64,000 bases of DNA, from positions 16,645 to 80,644 of the forward strand of contig JAANOX010000186.1 in NCBI GenBank assembly GCA_020184695.1, in the 5' to 3' direction. Numbering within the stretch: position 1 is the stretch's first letter; each line of letters starts with the position of its first letter. Below the pieces are notes generated by a model. It searched no databases and had not been told where the DNA came from. It saw only the letters and a program-made list of their open reading frames with translations. Positions 10,941 through 20,532 of the stretch are shown here, piece after piece. The stretch is from Histomonas meleagridis 2922-C6/04-290x. Its lineage: Eukaryota; Protista; Parabasalia. A program made the position numbers and the translations under genes.

Positions 10941-11879
10941 TTATCCGGGGCATTGTCGTATCCATTGGTCATTTTCGTTCGAAGCAGGTTCTTGGAGTTC
11001 TTTAATTTGTTTATCTTGACTGCTTGATGAAAAAGGATTTGATATTTCTTTCATATTTGAATTCGTTGTTTCAATTTTACTTTGACTTTTACTATTGCCT
11101 TTGCGAATAAGAAAAACAATAATTCCAATAATTAGAAAAATGACAATAATTACACCACAAATAATTCCAATTATTATATTATTCGATAATTTTCCTGTTC
11201 CTTCTGTCGTAAATGGAATTCCTGAATTAGGAATGAAATTGAAATAAAAAGAATAATATGTGGAATATCGATAAATCGTATAATCATAATAAATAATTTC
11301 GGTATAAATATATGTGGAAAGTGTTTGAATTAATGTATTTGATAAAAATGATTGAAATGTTAACGTTTGTGTAATTAATAATGAAAATGTTATAGTAATA
11401 TTAGTTTTACTAAATATATCTGAATCAATAAACAAATTGGAATTAGTAAATGAATTTGATTTAGCAAATGAATTTGATTTAGTAAATGTGTTTGTAAATG
11501 TATGTGTTGGCCAGACATATTGAGAACATTCTTCAACTGATGTACTATTTGATACATTAAGTGGACCAAATGTTGTATCTTGATACAAATCTGATGTCAT
11601 AACATAGTGTGCCTTTACATTGTAAAAAGCATCAGAATCTATATTAGTTGGTGATTCATAACCTGTAAAATAAATACATGTTAAATTATTACAATTAGAA
11701 AATGCAGAACTTCCAATTGTTGTTACATTTTTTCCAATAATAACTGATCCTAAACCAGAACATGAATGAAACGCGGAATTTCCAATTAATGTAACTGAAT
11801 TTGAAATTGTTATATTTGTTATTGATGAACAATAAGAAAATGCAGAAATTCCAATTGTTGTTACATGATTTAGTTTCAA
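10941..11879 (-). CDS. BspA-like (TpLRR) surface protein, 5'-truncated or fragmentary, with C-terminal TM helix
   Basis: Repeats VTTIGxSAFSxCSxxTxIxI, an FTxSNxFT Ser/Thr stalk, TM segment IIIGIICGVIIVIFLIIGIIVFLI and a cytosolic tail. The ORF opens at TTG with no ATG or signal peptide and has stops upstream. Confidence 0.75.
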   Translation of the reverse strand: MKLNHVTTIGISAFSYCSSITNITISNSVTLIGNSAFHSCSGLGSVIIGKNVTTIGSSAFSNCNNLTCIYFTGYESPTNIDSDAFYNVKAHYVMTSDLYQDTTFGPLNVSNSTSVEECSQYVWPTHTFTNTFTKSNSFAKSNSFTNSNLFIDSDIFSKTNITITFSLLITQTLTFQSFLSNTLIQTLSTYIYTEIIYYDYTIYRYSTYYSFYFNFIPNSGIPFTTEGTGKLSNNIIIGIICGVIIVIFLIIGIIVFLIRKGNSKSQSKIETTNSNMKEISNPFSSSSQDKQIKELQEPASNENDQWIRQCPG

Positions 11880-12046
11880 GCTCTCTTCAGCTAATTCTCA
11901 TGGTCCTTATCTCTTCTACATTTTATGAAATGCACCAAATTCCATTATCACAAAGATAAGTACAAAATTCACGTTGAATTACAATTTCTTTCCAACAAAA
12001 TTTATATTTTATATTATAAATATTTTATTTAACGATACAAATTACA

Positions 12047-15000
12047 TTACATATTTTTCTTCACTTTTCTTTTCACATAGTATTGCTGGAATTTCTTATC
12101 TTTCATTTCCGGTCCCTTCTCTATCACGAATATATTTTTATCCAACAGGTTCGCTGCGCCTTGATTCACTTTGACGACGCTTGTCACACCGTCATCCAAA
12201 AATGAATAAGCGACTTCTTGTATGTTACCTAATAATTCGAACGAAGGGTTACTCTTACTTAATATATTTCCCGCAATTGGTCCACCGAATGCGACTCCTA
12301 TGTTAAATGATATATCGACCATTATTTGTTCACTAATATCATCTGTAGCCTCAATTAAGTCCAAACAAAAGTCACACGATTGTTCCACTTGTAATTTTGG
12401 ATTATCCGAAAAGTCAAATAATCCACTACATATTAATATATTTTGTTCTGTCTTCTTTATGATGATTAATGCTGGATATTTAGTTATAGTTTCTTCTATA
12501 AATTCATATATTTTACGTAATACTTCTGTAAAGATTTGTTTCGGTGTTAATGTAAAAACTGAATCTAAAATTCCTAATATTTCGATAGAGATAATTGTCG
12601 AATTATCTGATACATAATATGATGAATCATCTTTCTCATGTTGATCTAAATTAAAACTTAAAGGTTTCGGTAAATTATTTTGTATGATTTCTTGTGTTCG
12701 TTTCTTTGCTTCAATTGCTTCTTGTGCTAAATCTTCTTCATGTTTTAAGCTATGAATAATAATTACATATGAATTTAATATACCAAATTGATTAGTAATT
12801 CCAATTAAATCTATTTGTGATAATTCTTGAATTTTCATTCTGAATGAAATTGATGTAATTTCTTTCGATTTAATACGTTCAATATTAATATATAAATCTG
12901 TAGGTGAATTATTCTCTGGATTTAAATATGGTATAAATGTATTAATATGACAACCTATGACTTGTTCTCGTGTCATTCCTGTGATTTCTTTAGCTGCATA
13001 ATTAATTGATGTAATACTTAATTCTGAATCTAATATAATCGCTGGATAAGGTAATGATGATAGAATCGTTTGTGCTGGTGACATTAATTTCTTTTCTGTT
13101 TCTTCTTTATTTTGTGATATTAAATCCATTAATGATTTGTTTTCAACTATAGTTTCAGGTGGTAAAAATCGTATTAAGATTCGAATTGCTTCTATGAAAT
13201 CATTAAATGAATTATATAATAAATAATGTAATATAAATATAACTATTGATACAAAGATAAATACAATAGAAAATGTTTGTGATTCAGATGTAAATGTATT
13301 CGTTTGTGAATCACCATAAACTTCAAAATAACTTTGGAATGATTGAAGTTTATTTAATAAATAAAATTCACATAATAATATTAAATTCGAATATTTCTCT
13401 TCATCATTTAAATTAATATTAATAGGCCCTTCATTTTCTATTGTTTGTATTAATTGTTTTAATAAGATATATGCTTCAATAATCTTTCTATCTAATGATA
13501 AACAATTATAAAACATATATAACTCTGAATATGTTTCACTACATGTATCAGTAAAATGAATTTCATCTAAATCTTCATCAACACCCATAAATCGTTCGAC
13601 TTCTTCATTACCATTTAACATTGAATCCCATGAATCTCTAAATGTTTCATAAGTAGGTAAAAGAAATTCATTTAATGTATTAATATCTTCTTCATTAGTT
13701 AATGAACATAAATAACCTATTAAACCTACTGTTTCATATAATGATCCAAATCGTGTATTAGCTAAATTAAACCATACAATTAATTTACCGATATCTTGTA
13801 TACGTAATCGTGCTATATAAAAAACTAATATTATCATTACTGTATTTGCTATTATTGAAAAGATGGTCATTATAGGTAAAAAGATATATGAAAAATTACG
13901 CTTAACTAATAATTGTGCTGAATTACCATTAGAACCTTTTCTTTTAAGTTTCTTAATTTTAGAAATACGTTTTAATGATAATCGTACTGCATCTTTTTTA
14001 ACTTCTTTTAAGATTTCAATTATATGATTACAATTTTTATATAACGAATAAATGACATTAAATTGGAAAATAGAAAATACTAAGAAAAAGAGTATTGATA
14101 TTACAAATAATAATATGAAATAAGTTTCTTGAATTCCTTCAACATAATTATTACCATCAATAGCTATACCATCTTTAATTTGTGCTAAGTTATCATTAAT
14201 ATGAAACATATTATAAGCACCTGTATATAATGAATCTAAATAATCAGTGGTATCTTTTTGACCACTTTTCCAATAACCTGAAGAACGTATATAATAATTT
14301 AATGATTCAAAGATTACTCCACGTATAGACTTTTGTTCACTTTCTGGTTGAATATGTAAATTCTTTGATATATTTATCGAAAACATTTGATATAATAATT
14401 GATCAAATGTTTGTTCTCTAGAATCTGCTTGATCAATTAAACTATTCATTAAACTATATAAATTATATATACCATTTTTAGCATGATATGAAATAATTTC
14501 TTCTGCATCATTTAATGCATTTGAAGTTGAAGTAATATTATTAATTGGATAATGTGTAATTTCAGTTATTTTATTAATACCATCATATTTATTAATTAAT
14601 GAATGTGTACTAAATAATAATGATGATACAAATGTAGCATATTCTGCTGATGTATAAGTATTTCCAAAATATAATAATTCTCCAACAATTGTAAATATAC
14701 CTGAAGTAGGTGCTAAGATAGTAATAGTAAAAATAATTAATATTAATACTGTAACTATAGCTTGAATTAATGTGACTGCTTTAGCTGTACTTAAGCCTGG
14801 ATATTCAAACTTAGTTAAAGCTGATTGTAATGATAATCTTAAACGAGAATTCTTTATCATTCCAGAAGTAATTTCTTCTAATTTTTGTCCTATTTCACTT
14901 CCATTTGAAGTTGATGTTAAATAAGAACTTAAAAATGATGTTTCAATATTAGAATTATTATCTTTATGATCATTTTTGTTAATAAATTCACCACGGATAT

Positions 15001-16759
15001 TAACTATTTCATTAATTAAATAATTCGGAAAGATATTCATTAATGAAACAAATGAATGATCAATGTTTAAATGTTTTCCTTGTTCTAACATTGATGCTCT
15101 ATAATGCCATTTACCTGCTTCTATAAAATCACCTGCACCTTCGATTAAGAAGTTACAATATTCTTTACATATTTCAATGTTATTTGAATATTTATCTGAT
15201 AAATCCGAATATATTGTACGATATTTATTACTATATTCTAAAATAGAAACTATTTGATGGAAATCAATCTTTGCTTGTGGTAATGTAATTTCGACCCAAA
15301 ATCGTCGTATTGATGTAATTGCATCTGATGATTCTTTAGATATTTTACGGATTTTTGATACTGCTTCTCGAGGTAATGAAGATTGTCGTAACACATAAAT
15401 CTTCTTCATTTGGAATATTAAGAATTGATACAAAATCGATAAGTTATTATATTGTTGTAATAATGTTAAACAATGTCCTAAAAGAATATGTTCTCCTGTG
15501 AAAAATGATATAACTTGTGTAGTTTCAATTAAGACATCTAATGATTTATAATTATCGATCATAAATCGTGGTAATGAAAAATCTATAAATAAATCACATG
15601 CATGTGAAATACCAACTCTTAAATATGATAAGATTCGACTTTCTGAGATATTTAAATCCTTTAAATGTTTCTTCTTGTTTTCTTCTGTCTTTTCAGTGCC
15701 TTCTGGAAATGAACTATATGAAAGTTGTTTTACTATTTTATTTCGTTTGATGATTATAATAGTAAACATAACAAAAAATTCAACTACAAGGACAATTAAA
15801 TCAATAAGTAAAAACGTGGTTTGACTAAGATGTGCACCAAATAGTAATGGTGCAACAACTATTTGTGTCGAAAAATATAAGCCCGGAACTAATGAGCATA
15901 CATAATGCATATAGAAGAAATGAAATGGAAACTGGATAATCTTAAATTGGATATAAACCATAAATAATAAGATTAAGATTTGGATAATGAATGTGACCCA
16001 TGGTGGAAACAAACTTAATATTGGAGATATGAATGATGAAAAACTTGTAAATGCAAAAAATGCACTAACAACAAGTGGATCCCATGCTGAAAATGGCGTG
16101 TACGTAAAAACTGTATTACGACATGTAAGACCATATGAAAAAATTCCATATATTAATAATATGATGCTGAAAATTGTCGATATTATTGCAATGGCTAACG
16201 TATAACCTGAAGTGGTGTCGGAAGTGGCTTCAAGTCCTAAGTGATAGACTGCATATCCGGCAAATGTTGGAAACCATCCAAGACAACATGGTACAATAAT
16301 GATCTGTAATATATGCGAAATGTATAAAACTGGCTTGGAGAAATTACGTGTTCGTGAATAAAAAAAGGTTACGAGAATATGCCAACCGAATATAAATAAA
16401 CATATGATGAACATGAAAACATAATACAGAATTGTGTTTCCCCATTCTTGTTTAGTAATTCCAAGATCGAGACCGTACTGTATGATTCGAATAAAAGGGT
16501 ATTTGTTTTCTTCTGTTGGAAATACTTTGGAGTTTAAGGGCCAAAAACAACATATTATGACCTGTATCACTAAAATAAGTATTTCCAATAGATAAAACGG
16601 AAGGGGGACATGAACAAACTGAGATATTTCGGAATATAACGGATATAATAAGGATTCGCGTTTCTGAGCTGCTATGATCTGGTCATCAATTGTTGTTAAA
16701 TGTGTTGATTGAATAGTTGACGAATTGATTGATGACGAGGAAGCTTCTTTTGTGCTCAT
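12047..16759 (-). CDS. Multi-pass transmembrane adenylyl/guanylyl cyclase-like protein with PAS domain; catalytic motifs degenerate
   Basis: 1570 aa with many hydrophobic segments. PAS-like LPYPAIILDSELSITSINYAAKEITG and a C-terminal class III cyclase fold (IGVAFGGPIAGNILSKSNPSFELLGN). Size and architecture match the trichomonad TMAC family. Confidence 0.8.
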   Translation of the reverse strand: MSTKEASSSSINSSTIQSTHLTTIDDQIIAAQKRESLLYPLYSEISQFVHVPLPFYLLEILILVIQVIICCFWPLNSKVFPTEENKYPFIRIIQYGLDLGITKQEWGNTILYYVFMFIICLFIFGWHILVTFFYSRTRNFSKPVLYISHILQIIIVPCCLGWFPTFAGYAVYHLGLEATSDTTSGYTLAIAIISTIFSIILLIYGIFSYGLTCRNTVFTYTPFSAWDPLVVSAFFAFTSFSSFISPILSLFPPWVTFIIQILILLFMVYIQFKIIQFPFHFFYMHYVCSLVPGLYFSTQIVVAPLLFGAHLSQTTFLLIDLIVLVVEFFVMFTIIIIKRNKIVKQLSYSSFPEGTEKTEENKKKHLKDLNISESRILSYLRVGISHACDLFIDFSLPRFMIDNYKSLDVLIETTQVISFFTGEHILLGHCLTLLQQYNNLSILYQFLIFQMKKIYVLRQSSLPREAVSKIRKISKESSDAITSIRRFWVEITLPQAKIDFHQIVSILEYSNKYRTIYSDLSDKYSNNIEICKEYCNFLIEGAGDFIEAGKWHYRASMLEQGKHLNIDHSFVSLMNIFPNYLINEIVNIRGEFINKNDHKDNNSNIETSFLSSYLTSTSNGSEIGQKLEEITSGMIKNSRLRLSLQSALTKFEYPGLSTAKAVTLIQAIVTVLILIIFTITILAPTSGIFTIVGELLYFGNTYTSAEYATFVSSLLFSTHSLINKYDGINKITEITHYPINNITSTSNALNDAEEIISYHAKNGIYNLYSLMNSLIDQADSREQTFDQLLYQMFSINISKNLHIQPESEQKSIRGVIFESLNYYIRSSGYWKSGQKDTTDYLDSLYTGAYNMFHINDNLAQIKDGIAIDGNNYVEGIQETYFILLFVISILFFLVFSIFQFNVIYSLYKNCNHIIEILKEVKKDAVRLSLKRISKIKKLKRKGSNGNSAQLLVKRNFSYIFLPIMTIFSIIANTVMIILVFYIARLRIQDIGKLIVWFNLANTRFGSLYETVGLIGYLCSLTNEEDINTLNEFLLPTYETFRDSWDSMLNGNEEVERFMGVDEDLDEIHFTDTCSETYSELYMFYNCLSLDRKIIEAYILLKQLIQTIENEGPININLNDEEKYSNLILLCEFYLLNKLQSFQSYFEVYGDSQTNTFTSESQTFSIVFIFVSIVIFILHYLLYNSFNDFIEAIRILIRFLPPETIVENKSLMDLISQNKEETEKKLMSPAQTILSSLPYPAIILDSELSITSINYAAKEITGMTREQVIGCHINTFIPYLNPENNSPTDLYINIERIKSKEITSISFRMKIQELSQIDLIGITNQFGILNSYVIIIHSLKHEEDLAQEAIEAKKRTQEIIQNNLPKPLSFNLDQHEKDDSSYYVSDNSTIISIEILGILDSVFTLTPKQIFTEVLRKIYEFIEETITKYPALIIIKKTEQNILICSGLFDFSDNPKLQVEQSCDFCLDLIEATDDISEQIMVDISFNIGVAFGGPIAGNILSKSNPSFELLGNIQEVAYSFLDDGVTSVVKVNQGAANLLDKNIFVIEKGPEMKDKKFQQYYVKRKVKKNM

Positions 16760-17503
16760 ATCTGTTCAATATAAATAACGTATTTTGTATTTGCATTTTG
16801 AATCGATTCAATTTGTTTGCATACCCAAAAGTTGAAAATTTTGAACACGTAATTGGACGACGATTTATTTTCAATCAAAGGATGCTTACAAAAAGCTGGA
16901 AAAAGCACAACCACTTAACAGAGAGCCATATAAATCATGGATTTCAAAGAATACTCACGCAATCATTTCCAATCTCTTCCATCTAACAGTAGGATTATAT
17001 GTTCATGCATATGATTCAGAATTATTATATAATTTTTCGAATTATGAATTGATTATATAATAATTAAGATTGATTAAGATTAATCGACTAACATTTATAA
17101 TTCTATGTAGGAAAGTTGGATTAACATCGGAAAACTTTGGTGCATTATTTCTTGACTTAAACACGTCAAGAAAAATTGTGAAGAACACCGTCAAATATTG
17201 TCAATTTCAAAATAGAATTTTGAATAGTTTATTTATATAAATTGTTTATATTTTATTGGCAATTACGGTTATATAATTATTTGAAAATAAATTTTTTTCT
17301 GATTCTTTCATCATCAGACAAACTTAGTTAATTTCCGGTAAAAGCGGTTTTATAACCGCCCCTAAATTGATTTTATGTTGTCATCACATGTGATATATAA
17401 TTTATCAAAAAAATTAAACAAATAAAGTCATTAATTTAATATTTATCCATCTGAAAATCACCATTTCATAAAAAAGAATGATGGAGTAATGGTCAATTCG
17501 TTC

Positions 17504-20500
17504 TTATTTCGAAAGTAAATCAACAATTTTATCATAACCTTTTCCATTTGCAATCATAAGTGCTGTTTCAAATAATTCAAATAATTATCAAATATTATTT
17601 TGAAATCCAAAATTATTAATATAAACTATAAATAAAACATATAAATATTTTTTGCATTAATCTCAATTCTTTCTTGTCCAAGAAGTAATTTTATTATATC
17701 TATTTGATTATACTCAGATGCAATCATAAGCGCTGTTCTAATTAATAATGAAAGATTCCAAATTTTATTTTGTAATATAATACTATCAAAACTAATCTTC
17801 AATAATATGAATGAATATCTTTAGCATTTATATCAATTCCTTCTTGTTCAAGCAGCACCTTAAGAGTATTTATATTTTTCTCAAATACTGAAAGTATTAT
17901 TGCTGTAAAAAATAGTTTTTATAATTTCCAAATATTATATTTAAACATAAAATTATTGAAAACAATTTTAAATAAATCATATGAATATCTTTGGCATTGA
18001 TATCAATACCTTTTTGTTTAAGAAGCAATTGAACTATTTCTGTGTTTTCACTCCAAGATGCTTTCATAAGAGCATTTCTAAATATTATGAATAATTTCCA
18101 AAAATTGTATTAATATGCCATTAAATAAAGCAAATAAATATCTTTCGCATTAATATCAATTCCTTCTTGTTCAAGAAGTAATTGAAGTATTTCCAAATTT
18201 TCATATGAAGAAGCACAAATAAGTGCTGTTTCAAATAATTTAATTAGTTTCCAAATAAAATATAAAAAAATTAAATAAATTATATAAATATTTAAAAAAT
18301 TGAACAAATATTTTTAGCATTGATATCAATTCCTTTTTGTTTAAGAAGTAATTTTACAATTTCTGTAGACCTTTTTACATGTGTTGCTATCATAAGTACT
18401 GTTGCAAATTATTCGAATGATTTCCAAAAATTATATTAATTCATCAAAAATTTCCAAAAAATTTTAAATAAAATATATAAATATCTTTAGCATTGATATC
18501 AATTTCTTCTTGTTCAAGAAGTAATTTAACTATTTCCATATTACCATTTTCAGATGCATACATAAGTGCTGTTTTAGAAAATTTAAATAATTTCCAAATA
18601 TTATATTGAAATCCAAAATTATTATTTATAATATATTTAAATTTTTAGCATTAATATTGATTCCATTTTGTTCAAGAAGTAATTTAACTATTTCTATTCT
18701 ATTATAATAACTAGAAGCTAAGAGTGCTGTCCAAAATAATTTAAATAATTACCAAATATTATTTTGAAATATAAAATTATTAAAATAAACCCAAAATAAC
18801 ACAAATAAAGACCATAAGCATTAATATCAATACCTTTTTGTTTAAGAAGTAATTTAACTATTTCTGTATGACCATTTTGAGATGCTAAAATAAGTGCAGT
18901 TTCAAATAATTTAAAAAAATTCCAAATATTATTTCGAAACATTAAATAAATAAAATATATATCATATGAAAAAAAATAAACACCTTTAGCATTAATATCA
19001 ATTCCTTTTTGTTTAAGAAGTAATTTAACTATTTTTATATAATTTTTGCGTGATGCGCATGTCAGTGCTCCTCCAAATAACTTTAACAATTTCCAAATAT
19101 TATAATAAAATATCAAATTATTTTAATAAATTAGAAATAACATAAAGAAATTTTTTTAATATCAACATTTTCTTGTTCAAGAAGTAATTTAACTATTTCG
19201 GTGTGTCCTATTTTAGAAGCATAAACAAGTGCTGTTTGAATTTTATATAATTATTATATTTTATTAATAAATTTGAAATTATCCAAAGAAACCCGAAATA
19301 AGATTAAAATATTCTTTGATATGCAATATCAATACCATTTTTTTCAAGAAGAAATTTGACAATTTCTATACGCCCTTTTTCAGCTGCTGAAATTAATGGA
19401 GTTTTAAATGTTTTTAATAATTTTCAAATATTATTTTAAAATATCGAAAAAATATATTAAACTTTTAATGAAATATATAATCATTTTTTATATTTATATC
19501 TATTTCATTTTGTTCATATAAAAAGTTAAATAATTCAAAATTTATAGGTTCTGTATCAGAAAAAAATATAAAATCACTTATTCTTTTAGAAGAAAATTCA
19601 ATAATTTTATTCTCATATAAATAATGAAAGATATCATTTCGATGAAATTGAATTGCTGTTTCATATGCATCTTCAAAAGATGAATGATTTTGTTCACATA
19701 GATGAATAATTTCTTCATTTCCACCTGCAATTGCATATTTTCCTGTATTTGTTACTTTTGTATTATTCATAAGTAAATATTTAAAACATTTTGCTGATGA
19801 AAAAAAGGCTGTATAATCAATTAATGATACATTATATTGATTAATAAAAGAACATCTTTCATAAAGTGATGGTTCAATTGTTTGATTAAAATCAAAATTT
19901 GTTTGTGATGATATTTCTTGGAGTTTTTCTATTTCATCATTTCGAATTATTTTCGCGATTTCATTCGGATTATGTCCTTCTTTAATTAATTTCTTATGAA
20001 GTTCCCAATCATTTTTTGAAAGTTCTTCATAGTTTTCAATAAAATATTTCTTAAATGGAATACGATATGCTCCTTTGAGGTAATTTATCATTTTATTAGA
20101 CATGTAATGTGCGAAATAAAAAGTTTCAATGTTTATAACATAATTTGATGAAATTATATTTAATTTGATCATTTTTTCTAGAAGAAAATTTGATTCTTGT
20201 GAATTTAATTGAAGAAGATAATGTAAAAATCTTTTAAATATTTTGTAGTTTGTTGCTTCATCAAATTCTTTTATAAATCTTAAATAAAGTTGATAATCTT
20301 GTAATTTCGATAGAAACGCAAAATATATGAGTCGGCAAAGAGTTAGTTTAGTGTAAATTGAAAAATTATCATGAATAAGATATGTAATTGATGTAATTGT
20401 TTGAGTAAAATTATCTTTATTTAAATTGAAAATGATTTCTTCTAGTTTCTGTATTGTTTCCATGTATTCACAACGTGATAATTCTTCTTTGGTTTTGTTA

Positions 20501-20532
20501 ATAGTATTTTCTTGGCTACTAGAATTTCCCAT
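17504..20532 (-). CDS. DUF3447 + ankyrin-repeat protein encoded in 13 segments separated by 12 non-canonical spacers (about 746 aa if all joined)
   Basis: Segment 1 (20532-19480) starts MGNSSSQ and contains DUF3447-like FDFNQTIEPSLYE...SLIDYTAFFSSAKCFKYLL. Coding cassettes: 19411-19310, 19244-19149, 19080-18979, 18909-18808, 18739-18638, 18581-18480, 18408-18307, 18238-18137, 18085-17984, 17915-17814, 17745-17644, and last 17575-17504 ending in TAA. Each reads as one ankyrin repeat (xxxTALxxASxxxxxEIVKLLLxQxGIDINAKDI). The joining is inferred. Confidence 0.75.
17576..19479 (-). repeat. About 170-nt periodic array: 102-nt ankyrin cassette + about 68-nt AT-rich spacer, 12 spacers
   Basis: Spacers: 19412-19479 (68 nt), 19245-19309 (65), 19081-19148 (68), 18910-18978 (69), 18740-18807 (68), 18582-18637 (56), 18412-18479 (68), 18239-18306 (68), 18086-18136 (51), 17916-17983 (68), 17746-17813 (68), 17576-17643 (68). 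Boundaries are inferred from the ankyrin register and could slide by a codon. Confidence 0.9.

Noticed and set aside
18110-19116. ORF-track proteins of 65 and 132 aa treated as separate ankyrin genes
   Set aside because: Their starts lie inside spacers (TTG or chance ATG). They are fragments of the larger cassette array.
17576-19479. Repeat-spacer periodicity suggesting a CRISPR array
   Set aside because: The conserved units are 102-nt protein-coding ankyrin cassettes, the spacers are homologous to each other, there are no cas genes, and the context is eukaryotic.
17576-19479. Explaining the spacers as canonical U2 or U12 introns, stop-codon reassignment, or simple microhomology deletion
   Set aside because: No consistent GT-AG or AT-AC pair restores the frame (only S3 ends in AG). 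Most spacers shift the frame, so recoding stops would not help. Deleting between the TTATTT direct repeats at the two junctions removes 69 nt from a 68-nt spacer unit and leaves a frameshift.
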